Shown here: in pieces, positions 1 through 12,165 of the stretch
Layout of the letters: each line of letters opens with the position of its first letter
How positions within the stretch are numbered: the first letter of the stretch is position 1
Assembly: GCF_018977255.1 (NCBI RefSeq)
Contig: NW_024704742.1
Location: 4,094,001 to 4,158,000 of the forward strand
Direction: 5' to 3'
Source of the DNA: Callorhinchus milii
Taxonomy: Eukaryota
DNA: 64,000 nucleotides
The notes under the pieces: generated by a model
Told to the model about the DNA's origin: nothing
What the model saw: only the letters and a program-made list of their open reading frames with translations
Database searches by the model: none
Translations under genes and position numbers: made by a program

Positions 1-273
1 AATCTTTTAATGTGATACAGCGCTTTATCAAGTCTTCCCGACGTCTCAAAGCACTTCAGAAGATATCCGGTAAAATGGATTGACTCTGTATTTTGTGGAC
101 GAAACGCCACAGCCAATTGCGCACAGCAGCGTCCCAGAAACAGTCGTGGATTGAGTGACCAAATTCTTCTTTTTTTTTCTTTTTTCTGAAGGGATTATTG
201 TCCTTTGGGAAAACAATCTGCCAATTGACTAACCACCAGGATCCTACTTACTGCTAGGTAAACAGAGGCGCGT

Positions 274-573
274 GGAGTCCTGTAGCTCAGTGGTTAGAGC
301 ACGCGCTTTGCAAGCGAGAGACCTCAATTCCAGGCAGAGGGCGAAACCTTGGGCAAGTTTCCTTACTCCACACAGAGCCTAATAATAATCCCTCCAAAAC
401 CAAAAACAATAATAAATTGGTCATTTTCAATCTACGACTGTTTGTGGGACATTGTTGTGCGCAATTGGCTGCCGCGTTCGCTCACAAATATACAGTCAAT
501 TCACTTTACAGTCTAATCTGTGAAGCGTTTTGAGACGTCCGCTATATCAAATGCAAGGATTATTATTACTATT
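274..573 (+). mobile_element. tRNA-derived SINE, young short subfamily
   Basis: GGAGTCCTGTAGCTCAGTGGTTAGAGC head, CORE-like CCTTGGGCAAGT, L2-type tail ending in (ATT)n. Confidence 0.85.
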
Positions 574-803
574 AGGAAACTTGCCCAAGGTTTCGCCCTG
601 CCCGGGAATCAAACCCAGGTCCTCTCGCTTGCGAGACGAGTGCTCTATCCACTGAGTGACAGGACTCCAAATTGTCAAAATTTGCATTTTTTTCCCTCTG
701 ATTTCCTTCTAAAATTTACTCAAGAGATGTTCTCAGAGAGGCCCTCATCCCTGACAAAAAAAACTGTCACTGTGTCACTGGAGTCACCGTCGTCGCTCCT
801 TAC

Positions 804-908
804 CGTATTCAGCCTGTACTTTGGCAGCAGGTTCAGGCCTGGGCTGTCGTCCTGTGTACAAGAACCTTTTCACTCCAAATGGCTTCAGGCGCTCAGCGAT
901 TGCTAGAC
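804..908 (-). CDS. GRHPR: GRHPR copy A exon 6 (glyoxylate/hydroxypyruvate reductase); gene continues off the left edge
   Basis: 105 nt, AG/GT flanked; (G)[34 protein letters not shown], close to human GRHPR exon 6. Confidence 0.95.
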
Positions 909-1705
909 CTTTAAAGAACAATCAGTACAAAATCACAGCCTGTGGGTGTTAAAAAAAAAACATTATAAACGACATTGAATGACCATTCTGTAACGCTCTC
1001 GTCTCTGAATCAGAAAATGTTGTGCGTTTATTCCAAGGGCCTGCTCTGGAGAGTCAAAACACTTTACCGTATACCCTGCGAAGCGCTTTGAGACGTCAAA
1101 ACGACGTGATGAGGCGCTGCATCAAATGCAAGGTTGTTTTTGTTATTATTCACAAATGAATAAAATGGGAGTTTTCATCAGGAGCAGGAACGAGGAAAGG
1201 AAGAACAAAACGATCGACTTCTGAAGAGAACTCGATGTTTCTTTCACACCATCGTTCATGTCGCCCAGATTGCATTTCCCAAATAGTCACTTCAAAGCCC
1301 TGTTGTTTAAAGGCAGAGATTGAATATTGAAGCAGGACGAGTTAATCGCAGGTGTGCCATCCGGGGAGGGTGTCTGTAGTCACCCCAAAATTATGCATAG
1401 TCCAAACTCAAAGGCAGAAAGAGAGAGACAGACAGGGAGGCTGAGAAGGCTGGCACTGAGTAAACTTGACAAGTGTGAAAATTATGTGTGTGTGTGTGTG
1501 ACAGAGAGACAGAGAGAGAGAAGGCTGGCTTGGCAAGGTACTATAGTCACAGTGTAACTTCCGATGGAAGACATCTTACATGTTAAGTTGACCTGATATC
1601 TGCATGGTTTTCATATCCACCAGGGTCTCAGTCCCAATATCTGGCACTCAGCTGTAACCTGCTCATTGAAAAGCTGCAAGACATGCAAATCAGAACTATC
1701 TGTAC

Positions 1706-1794
1706 CTATTCTTCCGAGTCCCACGATGCCCACCGTGCTCTCTTGCAGCCCAAAGCCACACAGCCACAGGGGCTTCCAGGCACTCCAGCCACCA
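1706..1794 (-). CDS. GRHPR: GRHPR copy A exon 5
   Basis: 89 nt, cag/gt; [30 protein letters not shown] with the Rossmann GxGxxG motif. Confidence 0.95.
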
Positions 1795-1849
1795 CTGCAA
1801 AGCAATCACATCAACAAGGCCTTCAACTAACCACCTTGAAAAGACTCCA

Positions 1850-2010
1850 CTGAATCACACACACTGATCAATTACACACACACACACACACTGATCAATT
1901 ACACACACACACACTGATCAATTACACACACACACACTGATCAATCACACACACACTGATCAATCACACACACTGATCAATCACACACACACTGATTTTG
2001 TACACACACA
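1850..2010. repeat. Minisatellite CTGATCAAT-(AC)n
   Basis: About 7 units visible. Confidence 0.9.
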
Positions 2011-2419
2011 TAACATTCTCACTCACACTGACAACTCCATGTAAAGTCTTAGTTGGGCAAGCGGAGAGAATCTTGCTCGTGTTCACAATGGTAAACTGAT
2101 CAGCTTTAGCTGGTTACACTCCAGCAACACCCCAATGCAAAGTCTGGGGTTCCTCGGCTTCAGCTCTTGCCAAACTGCAAGAGGGATAAGGAGGGTTCTT
2201 CCCTCTAGGGAGAGAGTGTGCATTCAAAACTAGACAAACAGAACCCCCCCACACACACGCGGAGCTCTCAATCTGGTTTGGATACGCTTAAACGTGGGGA
2301 TGGGTTTCCCCACGTGTCAGATGCACTCAAGACACAAATGCTCTCACACTCGAGACACACGAACAGCACATTCTGATCATCACGCTGGTATGTTGGAGGA
2401 TGACAGACACAATACTTAC

Positions 2420-2536
2420 TTCTTCACTTCCTCAACCGCCTCCATCAGTCTGCGGGATGTGGCCAGGAGTAAAGCCACGGTGAGCTCAGCAGTGGCGGCA
2501 GTCAGGACATCTGGGGTGTAGCCCACCCGGATTCCC
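2420..2536 (-). CDS. GRHPR: GRHPR copy A exon 4
   Basis: 117 nt, aag/gtaagt; [39 protein letters not shown]. Confidence 0.95.
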
Positions 2537-3124
2537 CTTCAACAACACGGTGAGAATAAAACTCAGCCCTAAGCTCAGTAATTTCACATTAAATTACCCC
2601 AGCAAACGTTTCATCTGATTCCAAAGGAAGCACCAACAGTATTTCATATTTCACGCAATGCCCTGATATCTGCACTGTTTTCAAAGAATAATAATAATAA
2701 TAATAATAATCCTTGCCTTATCGCGTCGTTGAGACGTCTCAAACCACTTCACAGGATATAGTGTAAAAGTGAATTGACTGTGTATTTTGTGGGCGAAACC
2801 CGGCAGCCACCTGCGTGCGCACAGCAGCGTCCCACGAAGGGTCGTGGAAATTCATATTGGGCCATTCATTTCATGGTCGACTGTGGGGCATTGTTGTGTG
2901 CAAACTGGCGGCTGTGTTCGCCTACGAATGCACAGTTGTGTAAATCTCTGTGAAGCGCTTTGAGACCTGCTGCCTACATGAAAGGGGCTATATCAAATGT
3001 AAGGATTATCGGTATATTCACAACGGGACCAGTCACAGTCAGTGAGAATTGCTGGCTGCCCCACTGAAGATACTGGTAATAAGTCAACGTTCAAAAAACA
3101 ATTCCACACAAAGTGTGACTTTAC

Positions 3125-3197
3125 CTCTTTTTGATTTCGTCCAGGGAGAGATGGTCGAAGCCAACTGAAAGGGTGCTGATAATTTTCAAATTTGGTC
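3125..3197 (-). CDS. GRHPR: GRHPR copy A exon 3
   Basis: 73 nt, cag/gtaa; [25 protein letters not shown]. Confidence 0.95.
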
Positions 3198-3806
3198 CTG
3201 AAAGAAGATCATACATGTTCCTAACTCTCTTCTGAAACGGGGTCGCTTTAGTTTTAATCAATGAAACAGGTTTCAATTGACATTCCACCTCCAATCCAGT
3301 GGTCAATTAGTGTTGGGAGTCCTGTAGCTCAGTGGTTATAGCACTCGCCTCGCAAGCGAGAGACCTGGGTTCGATTCCCGGCAGGTCAGGGCGAAACCTT
3401 GGGCAAGTTTCCTTACTCCACACGCCTGATAATAACCCCTCAAGAAAAAAAACAATAATAAAATCAGTCACTTGAGTCCACGACTGTCTGTGGGACTCAC
3501 TGCTGCTGTGAGCAATTGGCTGCCGTGTTTCGAACATGCAGTCAATTCACTTTACAGTATATTCTGTTAAGCACTTTGAGACGGGGGAGGGGGGGGGCGG
3601 GGAGGAAGGTCACCAACGGTGCGGTCGAAAAGAAAGATCTTCAGCCGAGACCTGAAAATAGGAAGAGAGGGAGCGAGACGAAGGGAGTGAGGAAGGCAGA
3701 GCCTCGGGGCATAGTGGCTGAAGGCACGGCCGCTGGCGGTGGAGCGGAGGACTCGGGGGACGAGGAGGAGGTAGCGCAGCCTAGTGGTAAGATATCCAAC
3801 CGCGAT

Positions 3807-3821
3807 AGCGCCATCTAGTGG
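3807..3821 (-). promoter_or_regulatory. CTCF consensus motif
   Basis: Minus strand reads CCACTAGATGGCGCT. Confidence 0.5.
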
Positions 3822-4121
3822 TTAGATATCCACTGAGCTAATGTCATCAGTTGTCACTATGAATGTGGCAGCGAGGCTACATGTCAGCAAAATGTTTCAG
3901 CTGCGCCCATTGACAACAGTGTCCGACAAGCGTCCACCTTGCTTGTCCAGCCTGGGCCGTGCTACCTGCTAAGGGCCTCGGTTTGCAGGATAAACGGGCG
4001 TTGAGCGGGAAGCAACCCGGCTCCCAAGGACTGGTCCTTCACCATGACGCCTTACAGCACAACCGGATTAGTGCCACATTGCAACACGTCAGCGCGGAGC
4101 CGCCGGAGGGGGTAACTGTAC

Positions 4122-4252
4122 CTGCCGCTTGTAAAATCTCCTCATCGATCTTGTCCGTTAACATGCAGTACAAGCCGTGCGCTCCCGCAATCCCCTTGAG
4201 CAGCTCCTGGCGGGTCACTGGCTCGTCCGAATCCCACTGGCCGATTGTGCAG
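4122..4252 (-). CDS. GRHPR: GRHPR copy A exon 2
   Basis: 131 nt, cag/gtac; CTIGQWDSDEPVTRQELLKGIAGAHGLYCMLTDKIDEEILQAAG. Confidence 0.95.
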
Positions 4253-5668
4253 CTGAAACGAGACGGGATAACAGTGATGAACGCCACCCTATATTCTCTT
4301 CCCCTCCCTCCCTCCGTCAAGGCACGTTTCAAGACCCTCCTCTTTAACCGAGTCTTTGGCCACACTCCTTACCCCTACCCTCCCTGCCCTCCGCACCCAC
4401 TGATCCCAACCCCCCCCCCCCCACCCCCAGCTCGGTTCCATATCCGTGACTGTCCAGCGCCTTAGGACTTTCTCCCGACGTGAAAGGCGCCTCATACATG
4501 TAGTTTCGTTATTGTTCTCGTGTACTCCCAATGGAAAAGAAATTAAAGGCCTTCAAGAGGGGAGAAGAAAAAAATGGCATTTAAAATGCCACGACAGAAT
4601 AAAGTCACAGGATAAAGTGGATTGACCGTGTATTTTGTGGGCGAAACGCGACAGCCGGTTGCGCATTGCAGTGTCCCACGTGCAGTCATGGCATTTAAAA
4701 TGCCATTGTGAGACAGCTCAGCGGTTTGATAAAGCTCTATATGAAATGCAAGGATTACTATTATTATTAAAATAATACCCTTTAGAACAGAGGATGCACA
4801 AGTGGAATAGTAACATAATGTAAAAACCTGCAACTGTCTGTCCTGTGTTTAGAATACTGCTGTGAACTTAGACGACTGTATCGACAAATTGCAGTAAAGG
4901 GATTTTGTTGTTAAATGCACCAGAGGTGACCCCTCTATCTACATCACTCGCACCCATCAAACTTTGACCAGTCACTGGCAGTGCGCAAAGTCTCTGAGAT
5001 TGCTGAGCTGCACTTGTACAATGCTTATTCTGCACAATTACACTGTGCAATCGGCGTTTCACTTGGGTCAACAAAAACAAGTCATGTGAAAACCTATTCA
5101 GCTCATACTCAGCAGCAGCTTCTGCTGCAAGAGAATAACTGATCCCGTTTGAGAAGAGCAACAACACTCCCCGATCCTAATGCTACAAATATAGCCATAT
5201 ATATTTTCTACCTTACTAAAGTGACTGGCGTACCTAGACGGCCCAGTAAAATCAGAGTGGGACTCTGTGTTTATCAGAACAGCTCGGGAAAATACCTCAA
5301 TGCAGTCAGTGAAAGGTGTGAGAAGTGGTGGGTAAATGTTGAACTGTATTCTTGTAGGGACAGAAAGTTAACGAATGCAACAAGCGCCGATCCTGTATTA
5401 TAGTGTGTGTGACAAACACTATATATGAGGGTCTAACTTGTGAGATTATATGAGGGTCTTAACTTGTGCGATTCAGCGAAATACTTGTAACTAATGAATC
5501 CTGGATGTGTCACGTTTGAATCCTCTGGAACGCCACCTTCGTGGATGCTGAGAGTGAGATCGGTGTCCTGAGTGAAGTTCCAGAGGACCTGCCAGCGAGA
5601 GGCAAGACTCTGCAAATCTTTATACGAGTCTTTAAAAATTAGAGCCAGTTCACGGTGGTAACCAGAGT

Positions 5669-5986
5669 GGAGTCCTGTAGCTCAGTGGTTAGAGCACTCG
5701 CTTTGCCAGTGAGAGACCTGAGTTCAATTCCAGGCAGAGGGTGAAACCTTGGGCAAGTTTCCTTACTCCACACAGAGCCTAATAATAATCCCTCCAAAAC
5801 CAAAAACAATAATAAATTGGTCATTTTCAATCTACGACTGTTTGTGGAACATTGCTGTGCGCAATTGGCTGCCGCGTTCGCCCACAAATATACAGTCAAT
5901 TCACTTTACAGTGTGTTCTGTGAAGCGCTTTGGGACATCCTCCCGACGTGAAAAGCACTATATCAAATACAAGGATTATTATTATA
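5669..5986 (+). mobile_element. tRNA-derived SINE, young short subfamily (full length)
   Basis: A and B boxes; near-identical to the copies at 12317, 17434, 29411 and 59844. Confidence 0.9.
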
Positions 5987-7069
5987 AATATCTGTGTCAA
6001 AGGAACGTGACCGGATATTGTACACATGCGGAGTCCTGTAGCTTAGAGGCTGCCGTGTTTCGCCTTCAAAGCACACAGTCAATTCACTTTACAATATATT
6101 CTGTGAAGCGCTTTGAGATGTCTCGAAGATGTGATAAGGCGCTATATCAAATGCGAGGATTATTATTATTTTTACTACTACACACTACACACACGGATCA
6201 CCCTGGAAACAACGCAACTGGTTCAGATACACGGTGACAAGGTAAAACCGCTTCCAACCGCACATCAAGACACGGAACGACCGGCAACAGCAAGACCTGG
6301 TCAGCGACATGCAACAGAGACGTTTCCAAAATTCGGCACAGTCTTAACATCTTAAATCCTAAAACTAGGTTCACAAAGAACCGTCAGGGCCTGAGGTGCC
6401 GTCAAACAAGGTCAGAGACTAAGAGAAGCCATAAACTCTCTCCGGCTGCCAAAGAGTTCCAAAGTGCTGCGCTCACTGAACACTACGCGGACTTCAATCC
6501 CTTTAAAAATAGATAAACGGGTCACTTCAATCCACGACTGGTCGCGGGGGGACGCCGCTGTGCGCAATTGGCTGCCGCGTTTCGCCCACAAAACACGCAG
6601 TCAATTCACTTTGCAGTCTATCCCGTGGAGCGCTTCGAGACGTCTCGAAGACGTGATAAAGGCGCTGTATCGGATGCGAGGATTATTATTATGATGATGA
6701 TTATTACTGGACCATCGGTAACACTGATAATCCCGCAGTGACCTTGGTCCCTGCCTCCGCCAGACCCGGAGTCCTTATTAACCGGACACTGAGGTGTTGC
6801 GTTTCCTTCTTTCCGTCATAGGATCTTTTCTTCTTTGAGAGAAGTGGAAATGTATATTCTAAGTCAACACACAAACAAACAAATAAATAAATATATTTTG
6901 GGGTGTTTTATTTTATAAAAAAAATAATCCTGCTGTGACCGCAGAGAATTCAGATTAAACCGTTTAGGGAGACTCGCGCCCAGAGAAGGGAATCAGGAAG
7001 GCACATGTTGCAAAAACATAAAACATGGAAAGGATTAGAAAAGGAAACCTTTTCACTTGACTTTGTAAA

Positions 7070-7712
7070 GGAGACACAGAGAGAGACACAGAGAGAGAGA
7101 GACACACATACAGAGAGAGAGACACACACACACACACACAGACACAGAGAGACACACACAGACACAGAGAGAGACACACACACACAGACACAGAGAGACA
7201 CACACACACAGAGAGAGACACACACACACACACACAGAGACACACACACAGAGACACACACACAGACACACACACACAGAGACACACACACACAGACACA
7301 GAGAGACACACACAGACACAGAGAGAGACACACACACACAGACACAGAGAGACACAAACACACAGAGAGAGACACACACACACACACAGAGACACACACA
7401 CAGACACACACACACAGACACAGAGAGAGACACACACACACACACACAGAGACACACACACAGAGACACACACACACAGACACAGAGAGAGACACACACA
7501 CACACACACAGAGACACACACAGAGAGACACACACACACAGACACAGAGAGAGACACACACACACACACAGAGACACACACAGAGAGACACACACACAGA
7601 CACAGACACACACACACAGACACAGAGAGAGAGACACACACAGACACAGAGAGAGACACACACAGACACACACTCACAGAGAGACACACAGACACACAGA
7701 GACACACACACA
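7070..7712. repeat. Compound (CA)n/(GA)n microsatellite in copy A intron 1
   Basis: Direct reading. Confidence 0.95.
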
Positions 7713-7779
7713 GTCTCCCCCCCGGGCCCCAGGCCTCGGGGTTGCGGGTCTGAGCTGCCCCCCCCACCCCCTCACTCAC

Positions 7780-7865
7780 ATCCCGGCCTCGGCCAAGGCC
7801 CTGAAACCCTCGAGAGGGATCCTCCGGCTCACAAACACCTTCAGCAGCTCCTGAGCCATCGCCAT
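7780..7865 (-). CDS. GRHPR: GRHPR copy A exon 1 (ATG 7865; alternative ATG 7859)
   Basis: [28 protein letters not shown], then a gtgagt donor in phase with exon 2; resembles human MKVFVTRRIPAEG. Confidence 0.88.
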
Positions 7866-7874
7866 CCGCCTGAA

Positions 7875-8700
7875 CCCCACCGGCACTGCCCTCCACCGGC
7901 ACTGCCCCTCCAGCCACACCGACACTGCCCTCCACCCACACCGCCACCTACTGCCAGACACCGGCACTGCCCTCCACCCCCACCGGCACTGCCCTCCGGC
8001 CACACCGGCACCCACTGCCCTCCAGCCACACCGGCACTGCCCTCCACCCCCACCGGCACCCACTGCCCTCCGGCCACACCGCCACCTACTGCCAGACACC
8101 GGCACTGCCCACCACCCCCACCGGCACTGCCCACCACCCCCACCGGCACTGCCCACCACCCCCACCGGCACTGCCCACCACCCCCACCGGCACTGCCCAC
8201 CACCCCACCGGCACTGCCCACCACCGGCACTGCCCCTCCAGCCACACCCCCACCGCCACCCACTGCCCCCCACCGGCACTGCCCCTCCAGCCCAACCGAC
8301 ACCTGCAACCCCACCCCCCCAACGGTCCTCCCCACCCCCCCCACCGCCCCCCCACCACCCACCCACACCCCAACGTCCTCCCACCTCAACCCCCCACCAA
8401 ACCCCCACCACCCACTCCACTCAGACCGCCCCCCACCCGCACCGACACCCCAACCCCCACCGCCCCTATCCCCAGCCCCACACCCACCTCACCCCCAAAC
8501 CCCCACCGCCCCCAATGTCCCCCCACCTCACCCAGTCCACACCCGCACCGACACCCCAACCCCCCAACGTCCCCCCCCCCACCGCCCCCCCAACCCCCCC
8601 ACTCCCCACTCAGACCATCCTCCCAGCCCCCAGACCACCCCCCACCACACCCACCAACCCCCCACCCACACCGTCCCCACACCCCCACCGCCCCCACAAA
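7875..8700. repeat. C-rich minisatellite (CCACCGGCACTGCCC units) grading into low-complexity C-rich DNA
   Basis: Direct reading; dense G-runs on the minus strand. Confidence 0.9.
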
Positions 8701-8855
8701 CAGTTGTGGATCGAAGTGACCGAATTATTACGATGATCACTAATAATATGATTTGAAGGGATTATATATATATATATAAAAAGTAACGATTGCGTCAAAA
8801 AAAAAGAAACGTGGATTTCGGGGATTGTGTTTTAGGTGAAGCCCAGACTTTGGGG

Positions 8856-8889
8856 TTTATTTAATGAGGATTAATGATCATCTTTTATT
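8856..8889 (-). terminator. Candidate polyadenylation signals of GRHPR copy B
   Basis: Two minus-strand AATAAA hexamers (8884-8889, 8856-8861) about 90-120 nt after the stop codon. Confidence 0.6.
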
Positions 8890-8974
8890 GGGTGTAACGC
8901 TGAACAGCGCGTCCGCAGCCCATCGCACCGTCGCGCCCGAGTTACGGGCGTCTTCCTGCGCTTCGCGACTCGCT

Positions 8975-9096
8975 TCACAGCGTCAGTTCCTTTGGCATCG
9001 GTGCACCTCTCAGGCCCGACAGGAGATTATTGGCAGCCAATACGGACATGGTCGTCCGAGTCGCGATGGTGGCGCTGGCAATATGGGGCAGAATAA
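8975..9096 (-). CDS. GRHPR: GRHPR-like copy B exon 9 (last coding exon, TGA at 8975-8977)
   Basis: 122 nt; (V)[39 protein letters not shown] with the catalytic His in PHIAS; not in the ORF track. Confidence 0.95.
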
Positions 9097-10247
9097 CTGG
9101 AAACACAAGGCAATATCCATTATTATCTCTCTCTATGTACATATATATATATATATATTGTTTGTTTTAAAAAAAATCATCTCCGCTGAAGCCACTTTTA
9201 CACAAGTGCCAAAAAGGTGCTTTAAAAATTAATCAATCAATCAATCGATCAAAAAAACTCGCGGGTCATGGTTGGGGGGGGGGGGGGGGGGGGTTTGAAG
9301 AAAGAACTCGATCAAAGAAACCTTTAAGGAAGTGTTCGTTGACGTAACCGTTTCTGCCGAGAAACCCTGTACAATGTGCGTGTTATTCTGATGGAGGAAT
9401 CATCGGAGATCTGGTTCCGGACCTCATTGGGGGGGATGAGGTTACAAGTGGGCGATTCCCTGTACAACACTCCAGTTTACGGGACGGTTGAAAGGAGATC
9501 GATGAGCAATTGGAAAGCGCCTCAAGGAGTATGGAGAAACGACCGGGAAGTGCGATTAGAAGATCAGCTGCAATCTACTAAACTGGTGGAACAGACACAA
9601 AAGAGGGCCGAAAGGTTCCTATATCATGGAGTCGTTTATTCCAAATCTCCTGTTGTGTGATGCAGCCACAAGATTAGTGTGTAAAAAAAAAGGGGGGTTT
9701 TCTTCCAGTAGCTGACTTTGGAGAACCATCACCCAACTGAGAAACCCGAGCCTCCAGTCCACGGTGGGAGCAATCCAGCTGTGTCCTGCGGCAACGCAGC
9801 TCGGGTGGGGCAGAGCAATAGGTCTCGGTTGATTGGGAAATCAACCGGAATTCACAGTCCTGCCTGGTTTCTGGGGGTGGGGGATTCATGCTGGAAGGTC
9901 CATCTGGGTGTAAGACAACGGTATGGACTGGATCGAGTTCAGCTATAATGGGCTTTCCTAGATCCACCCTCTCCTCATCACCGACAACAACTAACGTCAA
10001 ACAGCCTATGTAACTCATTGTCTGAATTCGAGACCCTGTCCGGGGTGAAGGGTGTTATATAAATGCAAGTTGTTGTTGAACTCACACGATGAATGATCTC
10101 TCGGTTGAGCGACCCCAGAATGACTGACACCCATGGACCTCGGGAGGAGTCCGTGTCTTCGTAAGGGACAGAATATTGGAAGGTAGAATGTCTAATTTGG
10201 CAAGATGTCAACATTTTGAGGAATACGATCGACTACTTCTGACTTAC

Positions 10248-10378
10248 CGCAGTTTTTCAGAGTGAAGAGAGGGTGGTCAGTGGGCAGTGGCTCAGGAACA
10301 GTGACATCCATTCCTGCTGCTGCGATCTGCCCAGTGGTCAGAGCCTGATACAGGTCCTCCTGATTCACCACAGCTCCT
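10248..10378 (-). CDS. GRHPR: GRHPR-like copy B exon 8
   Basis: 131 nt; [43 protein letters not shown] (DVxxxEP motif). Confidence 0.95.
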
Positions 10379-10639
10379 CTGGAGAACGAAACAAACACTG
10401 ATCAGAGGGTCAGAGATGGCACACTCATTGACAGCAATCATGAGTACATGTAGTGACTGTATTCATAGGTAAACACTGCAACCAATTTGCATGCAACAAT
10501 GTTGGGACAAACAGCCAGAAAGCAAACAAGTTCTATCAAGGATAGTTGGCCAAGGATAGTAGGAGAAGCTCCCTTTCCTTTTTGAATGGGACTGTGGGTG
10601 GGTTTAGGCCTGTAGTTCCATGTCCATCTGAAGGATGGT

Positions 10640-11160
10640 TGACGTTGCAGTACTTTCAAGACTGGTCTGGAGTCTTCTCTCCGCAACCTCATCACCCCCA
10701 TCCTCACCTGGCCCCACCGGCTCCCCGTCACTCAGAGGATGCAGTTCAAGATCCTGGTCCTCACCTTCAAAAGCCCTCTACAATCTCACTCCTCTCTACC
10801 TCTGTGACCTCCTAACTCCCTACCAACCTGTCCGCGCTCTCCACTCAGCGGGCTCCGGCCTGCTTTACGTCCCCCGCCTCGCGCGCCCCACCATTGGCGG
10901 GCAGGCCTTCAGCCTCTCTCCTCCCACCCTCTGGAACACCATCCCACAATCCCTCCGCCTCGCGCCCCTCTCTTACCTCTTTCAAGACCCTCCTCTTTGA
11001 CCGTGCCTTCGGTCACCCTCCTACCCCTACCCTCCCCGCCCTCCACCCCTCCTGATCCCAAACCCCAGCTCGGGTGCAGATCCCTGACTGTCCAGCGCCT
11101 TGGAACGTCCCCTCTGACCTGAAAGGGGCTGCACAAATGTAATTTGTTGTTGTTGTTGGG
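10640..11160 (+). mobile_element. L2-clade LINE 3' fragment
   Basis: Degenerate ORF2 end (PITPIL..LP..QFKILVLTFKAL), C-rich 3'UTR, stem-loop and (GTT)n tail. Confidence 0.8.
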
Positions 11161-11201
11161 GGTTCACTTTCTGGCTGTTTGTTATTTTATCAGTGTCCCA
11201 C

Positions 11202-11337
11202 CTGCTCGTGTTTATTAACACAGCCGTCTTTTTCATCTTGGAAAACAAATCTTTGTTGTACAAGCCCTGCGTTTCAGGGGTCAAGGCACAATGTAAGGTT
11301 ACAAAGTCAGATTCCTCAGCCAGTTTGTCCAAAGGCA
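11202..11337 (-). CDS. GRHPR: GRHPR-like copy B exon 7
   Basis: 136 nt; [46 protein letters not shown]. Confidence 0.95.
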
Positions 11338-12165
11338 CTGCAACAAACAGAAGACAGAAAGGCTCGACTTATACCACCTCAAACAACTGATGTTTACCAT
11401 GAATCCGATCCAATTGAGTGTGATGGAAAACTGGTACCCGAAAGATAAAAGGCGGATAATCCCGATATGTTTAATTGAGATCATAAGGCATCATATCGTG
11501 GAGCTCAGTGGTTAGAGCACTCGCCTCGCAAGCGAGAGGACCCGGGTTTGATTCCCGACCGGGGAGAAACATTGGTCCGAGTTTCCTTACTCCACACGCC
11601 TCTGTTTACCTGGCAGTAAGTAGGAACCCGGTTGCAAGTCGATTGGTGTGGATCACTTTTCCGGGGGTAATAATTTCTTCAAAACAAAAATAAGTTAAAG
11701 GAAAAACAAGATCAGAATAATTTGGTCACTCGATCCGTGACCGTTTGTGAGACGCTGCTGTGCCCAGTTGGCTGCTGGGTTTCGCTTCACTGCAACTTCT
11801 GTCCTGCATTTTCCACCCACTGTTCCACTGTTAGTGGGACTTCAGGCAGAATAGCAATGGGGACGCAGTGAAAGGGATAGAACAATTAACATTAGTACCA
11901 GGAGAAGCATAAAACACAAGCACTGTCCCTGATGGAACTATGTGCGTGCTTTTGTGTGTGTGTGTGTGTGACAAATCATGAACGCACTAACGCACTATAG
12001 CCTGCAGACTGGGTGCGTGTCTGACCACTACAGTTAATTTAACACCTTTGACGAACACATACATGGAAAGGATAGCGACATGGCGTCCGATGGCCAAAGC
12101 TCTTTTTCCGCTGTTAGATGTACAAATACTAATGGAGTTAATGTGCGGTTGTTGTCCGTTCTTAC

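Noticed and set aside
1850..2010. Regularly spaced CTGATCAAT repeats resembling a CRISPR array
   Set aside because: The spacers are (AC)n, the context is eukaryotic and there are no cas genes
3315..3390. tRNA-like sequences here and at other SINE heads
   Set aside because: They run directly into SINE bodies, with no acceptor stem closure or poly-T terminator
5639..6237. Recurring ORFs MGKFPYSTQ.. and MTVYLWANAAAN..
   Set aside because: Chance frames in SINE copies
6950..8798. Long ORFs (583, 327, 253 aa and others)
   Set aside because: They are translations of micro- and minisatellites; only 7780-7865 is a real exon
9744..9932. Canonical HDV-like ribozyme
   Set aside because: The helix order is similar, but the P3/L3 segment is ~38 nt rather than ~13, P1 starts with A, and no J4/2 catalytic motif is evident; kept only as an unassigned structure
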